DNA from: Octopus sinensis
Lineage: Eukaryota
Assembly: GCF_006345805.1 (NCBI RefSeq)
Contig: NC_043008.1
Location: 34,224,001-34,288,000 of the forward strand
Length of the DNA stretch: 64,000 nt
Direction: 5' to 3'
Shown piece after piece: positions 54,000 to 64,000 of this stretch. The position numbers and the translations under genes were made by a program. Positions within the stretch are counted from its first letter, which is position 1. Each line of letters opens with the position of its first letter. The notes under the pieces are model-generated. The model did no database searches. It was not told the DNA's origin and saw only the letters and a list, made by a program, of their open reading frames with translations.

Positions 54000-54979
54000 A
54001 ATGATAATTTTGTCAATCTACTTCATTTGAACGCCAAAATCACAGGGAGATTAAACTTAATGTAGATCTTGGAAGTGATACATAAGGGTTTGATTTCATG
54101 CTAAAGCATTTCTTTCCAAAAGAAGCTTCAGAGGATTTTTGAAAGCTTTTAAACTTTGTGCTGAGTTTCCTTCACCAGGAAAGCCCAGTTTCACCAAGGC
54201 TATAACTTCCTTAGGAAAATCATTTTCTTTAATTTCTTACGATATTAAACAGCAACCTTTGCATCAGCACCGCTAGTTTCACCAGTCATTCTGTTGTGCA
54301 AAATAAGACCCCCACTTAATCATTTCAAATCAGACTTCACTAGCCAGAAACGTTTGCGTCAATAATAGTATCTCCCAATTTCTACAAATCGCTATGCTAA
54401 TTTTTAGCTTTCGCTTCGATGACCATATTGGTACATTAAGTTTAGTCTGATCGTCGATCCATACAGGTAATATGCGAAAAGCAACACGTCACATCTATAT
54501 AAAAAAATGTTCGAGAGTAAAGAGAGCAGTTACTTCAGTACTTAGCCTAATTTTGTCTTTACTTTTTGATATTGTTCATATGGTAGGCGTTACAAGCATT
54601 AATGTTTTTGTAATATGGCTGAATTTTTCTTTCGCATCAATTCTTATAATTGCCAACATAATGCCTTTGTAGGAAATGAGGTTGGCACTGGATGAGTGCC
54701 TCACAATTCCTTACATAGTCGTGGAAAGGAAAATAGCGGGAACAAGAATCTCCGAACAAATAACAATAATAATTTATTTCGCCTGAATAAGCATTTCATC
54801 TCTGGACATCGGTAGCCTGGACGCCTTGGTACGCGAGAAGCAGCAGGGTTGGTAGTTGGACACAAAAATACGAAGGCATTTTCTCAGACTCGCAACGTCG
54901 CTCGCCGTCAGAATTCCAGCGCCACGGAGCTGGTCTAAGTTGCGTTCTGTCAGGTCAGAAGTCGGGGCCGAAGAGAGAG

Positions 54980-55080
54980 AGAATGGCGGTCAAGCCTAGC
55001 TGCTGCTGATGACTGCGCATGCGCATAAGGGGCTTCCGACAGGCCTTCCGGAAGGCTATAATCTCTGCGCATGCGTGAAG
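54980..55080. promoter_or_regulatory. Housekeeping-type, probably bidirectional promoter (NRF1 x2, palindromic ETS, YY1-like)
   Basis: TGCGCATGCGCA 55014-55025; TGCGCATGCGTG 55066-55077; GCCTTCCGGAAGGC 55043-55056; AATGGCGG 54982-54989. Locally GC- and CpG-rich in an AT-rich context. Divergent donor sites at 54714 (-) and 55218 (+). Confidence 0.6.
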
Positions 55081-56413
55081 GAAAATCCCAAAATGATGTC
55101 TGGAACCAGGCGTCACTACACCTTTATGACTCTTTGACACAATTGCGTTGAATTCCGCTTTATGGTTGCTTTCCAGTCTGCTTAAATGAGGCTTAATGCA
55201 TTATGCTGCACAGGTTTGTAAGTGAATCCAATAGTGGCGGAGCAGAGATAAGAATTTCACCCCAAATAATAAACAGTACTTCGTTTTCGTATCTGGTTTG
55301 CAAGATTCTTTATGTGAATTCGTGTGTTGAAACAAATTTTGGTGTGCCTAAGGAGAGTCATTATATCAATATTATTAACACACGCACTGGTTCAATTGCA
55401 CTCCTTTATTATTAGTTAATTGGTTAAATATTTATCTAGCTAATCGATTGCTTATTTAACTTTGTTAAACAGTAAGTCGTATGTTTTGGGGCTTTTTTTT
55501 GTCAAAGCTCTTTCGTTGCTCTTTGAAAAGATTTCAAACAATCGATGAATTTGTTTGATATTTAACCAATTGACTTAATAATGAAGGAGTAGGATTGAAC
55601 CAGTTCACGTGTTAACGATATTGGGATAATGACTCTCCTTAGACACAATAAAACAGAACATTATTACATACCTCGGATCTTACTATGTCGGAAAAAAGTT
55701 GGTACCATATTAGTTCGAACGCAACAACGGAAAAGATAAACTAAAAGGATGGAGGTGGGAAAGGGATGTCGAAAAGCGGAAGCTGTAGCATGTGTAACGA
55801 AATACTGTATGATTAGTTCGTTACAAAGCACACAGCAAGAATGTCGAGAGCAATGAAAAACAAGGTTAGATGAAATGGTGCGTGCAGAAACAAAGTGGTG
55901 GGTTGAAAAGGGAACAGATAGTTATTAACAAGAATACTGAGAACAAAGAAAAACTAGGTGGTAGGTGATAGCAAGAATGTTAAGAGCAATGAAAAACAGT
56001 ATAAAAGTTTGTTGAAGAAAAAATTTAAATAATTGAATTGGTAGACAGCAAGAACCTACATAAAATGGAGACAGTAAAATGATGACACATGCGGTTAGCC
56101 ATATTAAATGGCCGCACCAACCATACCACTTCCGAAAGACAAATTATTTTTTATACATACGAATTCAGTTTTTCAAATTGTTAAAATTTAGTGGAATTTC
56201 CATAACGTGCGATTGCCACTTTCATATAAACTCCAATAGAAAAAAAGTGTTCACAATTATTATATATGTATGCATACGTGGCGAGGCACTTAGCTGACCC
56301 CTTATTATAATTATGTATATAATTATAGAATATTTTGCATAATTTACCTGAAAGGTATTTTTTTACGTACTGACTACTTGGCAAAATTTTTACTAATTTT
56401 ACTCTATATTTTT

Positions 56414-56452
<39 letters not shown>

Positions 56453-56620
56453 CCACTACACACATTTTTCTCTCTCCTTATTTTTTCTGTGTCCCTTTCT
56501 GTAGAAGAGCGTAGGCTCGAAACGTAAAAGACTTTTTCTATTCCTGAGCGTTATACTAATACATCTGTTTGTTTTGTACACCACCTGTCTTCGTCTTTTG
56601 TTTTTTTCGTAAACTCTCCC

Positions 56621-56715
<95 letters not shown>

Positions 56716-56718
56716 GTA

Positions 56719-57140
56719 TGTAGCGTGACACAAGAAGCCAGCGCTATTTTGTGCGAGATCTCGCCGGCAGCCATTACCATGTCCGAGACAAGAGCAAGAG
56801 CTCGCCTACAACCATGTTGCCATGCACGAGACCACAGCGAGACTCTCGTGGGCAACATATATTTAAGAAGGCGTATTAAGGAAATTCTCCCTCTTCACTT
56901 TCTCGCTTACGCTGAGAAACACCGCCAACTGGCAGCTCACAGCGGATTCTTATCCTGCCTAACTTTACCCGTTATCTCTAGAGGTAATGTACCTCATGTG
57001 AGCGGAGCAATAACGGACTACGCGCTGCCATACAGATGGTCACTGGGAGCGTGCCACATGAACGAGAACCAAAATAAACAACTATTGAATTGCATCCGCT
57101 TGTAAGCTTCTTTTTTCGAGTTACAGATCATAAGACTACA
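56719..57140 (+). mobile_element. Probable solo LTR (422 bp)
   Basis: TGTAG...CTACA inverted termini, a TATA-like TATATTTAA near 56858 and AATAAA about 60 nt before the end. No clear TSD (the left flank is a microsatellite). Confidence 0.5.
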
Positions 57141-60100
57141 GAAATAATTGTAATGGGAGAAGGTGATACCTTCTAGTCCCATTATATATATATATATATA
57201 TATATACCGACTAAATCATAAAATGAAGCGGGGGTGTCCTATTTTTCAAATCCTGGTAGCAACACTGAAGCTGGAAGCAGGATAATAATCTAATTCTACA
57301 CTTTATCACATTCAAGAATATAAACACGGTTTTAAGCACAGCGCACGCGGAGTAAAATAGAAACACTAACTTTCATCGGAACACTGGGGTCGACATTGTT
57401 GTTCACGCTGTGCTCTCTCTCCCTAGCGTGAAACTTCCTATCTCGGACATGTGAGCATTCGCACAACAGCCAAATACCACGTTGCTGGAACTGTGAAGCG
57501 AAGTTCTATACAAGGATTTTTGTATTTTTTTCATAAACTAGGGGATGGCTACTGATCAAAAGTTTGCATGTGAAAACACTGAATCGTCTTGGAAGGTTTT
57601 CAATAGCACAAAGCAGCTGTTCCACCATTCTATAAGAACCTTTAGGAGACCGTTGATATTTCATTGTGTGCAGGGCATTCAGTGTTGATAGTCTTTTCCC
57701 AATTCCCTTAAATACAAACTCTGGGATAAGATTGATTTTGGTTATCATTGCTAACCTGGGCGAACACTATGATATATTCCCTAGACAAATGGCGGTTTTC
57801 TTTGACGAACGTTGCAGGGACATTTGATATCCATAGTGTGTTACACAATGGTTCCTCTGCTTTGTGGCAGAAGTAGAAGTAGGAAGAAAGAGCCTCGGAG
57901 CCTCATGGAGCTTAGGTGATTTTGCTCAATAAACACCCACAATGCCCGGTCTGGGAATCGAAACAGCGTTCTTACGACCGCAAGTCCGCTGCCCTAACCA
58001 CTGAGCTATTGCGCCTCCACTGTGCTGTGGCTGTCGTGTTTATGCACAATCCTGTTGTTGTTGTTGGTTGTAGTTTTAGCTGCTGTGGGTTTAGGTTTTG
58101 CTTTTGTCGTTCTTGATGGCTGTGCCGAGGGTTCACTAGTCTGTGAGCTTTAGTGCTTTTATCTACTCTTTTACGTTTTGCGCTTCTATTGCGAAGATAT
58201 AGCCGTTTATTTTCCCTCTCTTGTCCCTCTGATGTCTGCTCTTCATTTTCCTTATCGTTTGACATGAAATCCGAGAGAGATGGCTTCGATTAATGCATGT
58301 ATGTGCGTTTGCGTCAACTGTATCGAAGCTGTTTGTAGAAGGAGGACATTCTTGTGAGTTGTGTTTGTGATTTGGACTTTTGCTACTTGTAATTTTTCTT
58401 GCGGTTGTCGATGCTGCTGCTGTGGTCGTGACGTTGGCATCAAAGGAAGTTTTGGTATCTTTGCCTGAACACGGAAAGCCGTCTGGTGGATGGTGCTACT
58501 GCATGTGTAACTGTCTTCTACCATATTACTTGTGCGTTTCCAGCTCTCCATATAGAACGTGGTGCGTCAAAGGCCAAATAGTGGTTTTGTTAGCACGTTG
58601 TATTTCTGCTTCACCATTGAACACTTTCAAATAACATAACTTACGTTTGGCGTCGAAAACTGTTTTGAGTTATATTTTTGCCGGTCGTAAGACGGATATG
58701 TTTCCTCTTCTACTAAACTGTCCGCCACCTTCCTCTTAGATTTGTTGTTTTCTATTTCTATATCCTTATTAAACTATCTTTCCCTTTAAGGGTCACACAG
58801 CAGGTTGTTGACGATTATTTCCGTCTTAAGCAAGACACAAGACCGCAGTTATTTTGTATGTGTGTGTGCACTGGGCAATTGGTTATAAAGATACAGTACT
58901 TAACTGGTACCTAGTTTAATTGTCCCCTGAAGTTGAAAAGCAAAGGTCAAGCTCGACAGTATTCGAACTTAGAATGTAAAGCTACGCAACTGAAAACTGT
59001 CAAGTATTTTGTCAACAGTCCAATAATAATAATAATAATAATAATAAGGCTCTCATGGCTTCTGATCTTAACTGATTGAAAGTGTTATCATGTACATTGT
59101 TTTGTCTTGGTATAAAAGATGGGCTACAGCAAACATTCTGCTCAATACCACAGATTTGCTTGTCAGTTGTCTGACTTTAACTAGTTGAGCATGTCCCTTA
59201 GTGGCTGACGATATGTGCATCTCTGATCACGAGCAGAAGTAGTGGGGGAGCATCATAGCCATGTGTTGAGAGGGATTCTTTGGGGTTTGAATAAGTCACC
59301 TCTGGAAACATGGGTGGTTCTTTCAACATCCTTAAACAATCCTTATTCAGGGACCTTTTGAGTGAGATGGGCTACTCAACCTGAAGAAAATTCTAACTGG
59401 GCCCCACCTGCAAGGTCATGTGCTATTTATCTTGATATGAGATCACCATGTCGCGCACATATGGTTGTGATGCATGTGCCTGGTGTACCCTTATCAGACG
59501 GGTAGTCACGATGGGTATATTGGGCTTCGTATATTTTACCCCAGTGTCACTTTGATGGCATGAACTGCTCTCTCACTCAATAATAATAATAATAATATAT
59601 GTAACGGTTGTTGTTAGGGTGTTAATTGCCAGTATGCAAGATGGAAGAAGAACAGCGATCGAAGTTTTAAAGAAATATTTATTTACCGTTACTTTGTATA
59701 ATGCCTTGCCTCGACGGGCAGGTATGTGAATCATATAAAAACAAGAGTTATCTTTCCTTGTATGTCTTTGCTGTTTATGTTTGGTCAACTGCTAGCTGCC
59801 TAACTAGGAATTAGAGGAAGATAGAGTGAATGTTAAATGTAGGGAGTCGATAAAATGATGCCTTCATTGTGCCTGACAGCAGTGATATTGTGATAAGACA
59901 CTGTATCATAGTTGACATTCTCACTGTAAGCCTTCTCTCAGCTGAATTATCTCACTAACTGGATTCTGCATGTGGTCGCATCTACGTCATCTCCTTTTTG
60001 CCAACTAACTTTTTTTTACGGTGTTCTTGTATTTATAAGTATCCAAACTAGTTAGAAGGAGAGATATATTATTGAGAACAGTAGATTTCGTTGGCGGTCT

Positions 60101-60647
60101 GTTATCTCTATTCTAGATTTTGGAGGCCTAGAAAAGGTTAGAAGGGTCAAGTGGCAAAGACATTATTCTGCTTAGCGAAGGCATCTGGCAAATGTAACTG
60201 CTGTCACTCACAGAAAAACTATTGTTTTACCGTGAAAAAGTGCTGCTGAACTGTTATGTGAAATTTGCCTATTGAGGACCGAATCCCTGCCATACCTGCA
60301 TGAACCGCTACATATACTTCAAGCAAATGTTTTATTGTTCCTTGTTGCTGCTATTATTGCATCTAGAATTACATTATTCGAAGTTACCTTCTATCTTAAA
60401 AACAAACAGGTAGGATGTGGGTTGAGGTAGACTTGGTTGCTATTTCTAGCTACTTCGTAGAGTCTTTCTCATTGGTTTGCAATAAAGCAAACGCAATCAA
60501 TATACAGATAGCTGTAGAGCACTCGCCCTCGGGGCTATTTTTAAATTGTAGATTCGACCTAAATTGGCAAAAACGCTCACGAGCTTCAGCGCAAGTATTT
60601 TCCGTGTACTTTATATGCATTCCTTAAATAACACGATATCATATTAA

Positions 60648-62060
60648 ACAAGACACAGGCAAGCACAGCACAATGAAACTATTTAAGGTGAAAATAGATT
60701 AATCAAAAAAATCCCAGAATCTAGAGAATATGGTTGTTGGTGGACAGCGTCAAGTTCATCTCTCGCTCTATAAAAAAATGTCATGTAAATTATAAACAAT
60801 AAACAAAGTCAGTCGGCTTAATAACTGACTTTGTAAATATTATTATTGTTGTTTTTAAACATATTTTCACCCCTTATCGCAGAAAGTGGTAATCGTAATA
60901 TGTTGTTAAAATCCTCTTTTATTGTTAACCGCTTCGTAGGGGTCTTGTAATCGACATTCACTCATGCAGAAAAGGATGAAGACAATATGAACGGTACATG
61001 AGGTAATATAGCTCTAAGCAGCAGCAATTATATGTTAACCTCGACTCCCGCTCTCTCTCTCTCGCCTTTATTCAAACAAATTTACGCGAAGACAAGCTGA
61101 AATGACAGCCAAATCTCCCTCAATTCGCACATCCTGACAATTTTAAAAAATCCGAAAAGCGGGAACACATTTAATACACTAAGCCTGTATGTATATATAT
61201 ATGTAAAACAATAATTATATCAATTATTTTTATTCTTATGTTTTATTCTTATGTTTTTCACTGTTTGATTTGCCTAATAGTGGTTTTATCTTTAATTTAA
61301 TTTATATATATATATACACACATACATACATACATAGACACACACACATATTTAAGCGATGCTCCAGCATGGCCATAGTCAAATGGCTGAAACAAGTAAA
61401 AGAATATAAATAGTCAATTCAAATGAACGAATAACAAAATTAACAGACAAGAGAACGTGCACAAGGAATGTATTAATTTGATGCTCAATAAAAAGAGGGA
61501 GTTTTGACATTTCGAGCATAGTTCTTCATCAGAGAGGAGAAAGGAAAAAGTCCAAAGAAGGAAAAGAAATCACCAACAACACACATATATATATATATAA
61601 TAATGGAATTGTCATGAATGCATTACTTTTGATCATAGGCCAAACTGTATGATTAGGACTGTCTTTAAGCTTAAATAGCAACACACACATAGATGTGTGT
61701 GCATACACTCACACACACACAGATGTGTGTCCATACACTCACACACAGACGCGTGCATGCGCTCTCTCTTTCACACATATGTGCATACACAAAGACACAA
61801 GCAAGCACAGGACAATGAAACCATTTAAAGTAAAAATAGATTAACTAAAAGAAACCCAGAATCTAGAGAAACTGGTTGTTGGTCTACAGTGTCAAGTTAA
61901 TCTCCCACTCTAAAAAATTAAATGAAAACAACATGAATGCTACATGAGGTAATATAGCTCTAAGCTGCAGCAATTATATGTTAACCACTCTTTCTCTCTC
62001 TTGCACGCGCCTCTATACAAACAAATAAACGCAAACAAAAGCTGAAATGACAGCTACTAT
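60648..62060. repeat. Local diverged duplication (60648-61110 versus 61791-62060)
   Basis: Collinear blocks with an extra ~200 bp in the first copy. A 46-nt core (60995-61040 versus 61941-61986) matches at 45 of 46 positions. Confidence 0.75.
61501..61537 (-). ncRNA. Slightly decayed minimal HHR (CUGAUGAA core)
   Basis: TCT-CTGATGAA-GAAC-TAT-GCTC-GAAA-TG-TC-AAA. One mismatch in each of stems I and II. Confidence 0.45.
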
Positions 62061-64000
62061 TCTTAAAATTTAACCAGGATATTGCAGTTTTATAATTGAT
62101 GTTGTTATAATTTTTCTTTAGTCTCAGATTCAAGGCAGCTCACTGTGACTATCGTGTCCTTTTCCAAAATCTAGGAGGCTACATTAACTAACGTATAGGT
62201 TGTGGTTTGAGAGAGATTTGGCTGCTATTTGTGGCAGGTTGAATGGCTGTATAGATGCCCTATGGTTTTATTTTTTGTGTGCTTCACCTGTGGCCCAATT
62301 AACAGAAGTGAGTCATTGATATACACCACATCCCTCACACAAGTGAAACTCACAACCATCAAAACGGCCAAGTTATTATTCGCTCACATTTGGGTTTGAG
62401 GATTGTAAGCAAAGTATGATTACAGCACTTGCAAGAAAGTTACTCACCATTCATCCATAACCAGGGATAGAGGGCACCAGTGTTTTCTGACAGCTTGGAC
62501 AAGGGTTGGTCAGAAAACTATTAACAAAGTTTTCATATGACAATGACAACAATAACGATGATGATGAATGCTGCTGTTTAGCTACCCACCAACTTCCACA
62601 TCAATCCTAACTAAATGGAACTACAAAAGTATTTCAGCTCTGACCATCCCAACTATCTAGAGGGTATGTCAAATGTGTTCTTTGATAATCCCTTTTACTG
62701 TGGAAATAAGACAAATCCACAGAATATTTTACTTACCTTAACTGTGGAAGGCAATTTTATATACTAAACTATCTTTTGTTGAGGAAAATCATACATGAAA
62801 GTGTTTTGTTAAAACATATCAAATTTATTGAAGCAGGAAATACCAGTTCTACCAATTCTATTTTTTGGTAAATATTCAACATCATTACTGGAATAACCAT
62901 GAAATTTAATTTCGCAGTAAAAGGATTAAGAGGACAGAGTGAATTTTGTAAGAGATTTGGTTGCTAGTTTTAGCAGATCTGGTTCACAGGTAAAAGCTAC
63001 CTCATTAATTCAATGATGATGATAATGAGGATGCTTTCTCTGAGGCCACAGCATGTCTCATGAGACCATGGACAGCAACCTGGAAGACTCTTCTCCAAGG
63101 CAAAGGTTCTTTTTATAAAAGATCAGTGGTTCTCCATACATAGAAGTTTCCTTTCTGTATGCTAGCAACGTGGCTCAAGGAAAGACAATAAATAAATAAA
63201 AATAACAAAAATATAAAAAAAGTATCATTGCCATCCAAAAGCAAATAATTGGAACTGATATGGTTAATGAAGAAGACCAATTATGTTAATGAACCAAAGA
63301 GATAAAATGTATAAATAAAACCATGATGAGACATGACAATAAAAATCCTTCATACGGCTCAGTAATTTTGATTGATATCTGATCCTTGCAATGAAAAATA
63401 GCAGAAATAGGCATTATGCAATAATCGATGTAGGTCAGGCACAGTAATATTGTAATCTTCAGTGAGAGACAACTGGGGCACCTGTTAACCTCAAAAATCA
63501 AACTAGAAAATGTCTAACCAATGGTAATGTCATTTTAAGGTTGTACCAGATTTTCTTTCCTTTTTCCTGTTCTCATTTTGCAAATAACATGGCGATCTCG
63601 CAAGTGCTGGTGGCATGAAAAATAACACTGATTTGCATTAGGAAGGGCACAAGCTGTAGAAACCATGCCAAAGTTGACATGATCCTGGTACGCACCAGAC
63701 CCCGCTAAATCACCCAACACAAGCCAGTACAGAAAAAGGACATTAAAGGATAATGATGATGATGTGCTTAAGTGCCAAAACAACCAACATTAACAGCACT
63801 GGATCGCGCATAGGTTTTATCTTCATGGTTGCATCACTTGTAAGAGATGGTAGCCAAATCTCTCTCAAATGTACCTTGTCTTGGACATATTAGATAACGT
63901 GGTCCTTGGTTTCCTGCATACATGAAAATAGATGTGATGGTCATGGCTAGAATGTTTTTGTTTTATCAGAACTGACGTCCACTAAACCACTAACATTGCG

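Noticed and set aside
54795-54880. Minus-strand 27-aa ORF resembling a signal peptide (MPSYFCVQLPTLLLLAYQGVQATDVQR)
   Set aside because: It ends at a stop before the donor. At most a uORF, with no further support.

Overview
AT-rich, microsatellite-saturated animal DNA. The SINE and repeat families look like those of Octopus (inferred from repeat content, not searched). One protein-coding gene is clearly supported: a + strand, four-exon zf-3CxxC (RTP/receptor-transporting-protein-like) gene at 6341-23127 with no C-terminal membrane anchor. The rest is mobile DNA: R4/Dong-like RLE LINE fragments in (TAA)n arrays, Penelope-like (PLE) RT/GIY-YIG remnants, a near-intact IR-DR Tc1 (DD34E) element, decayed mariner and maT elements, many tRNA-derived SINEs and a probable solo LTR. 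A NRF1/ETS/YY1 promoter-like cluster sits near 55 kb. The most striking unexplained signal is about ten hammerhead-ribozyme (HHR) motifs. They include a highly structured 492-nt HHR-containing unit integrated as a circularly permuted, more-than-unit-length, head-to-head array inside (TA)n at 51569-52774, which fits a retrozyme-like circular-RNA retroelement. They also include a perfect ~118-bp fold-back carrying an HHR at 4392-4640 and a recurrent non-canonical CUGUNGAA core with covarying stems. Most of the provided short ORFs are microsatellite or antisense artefacts.
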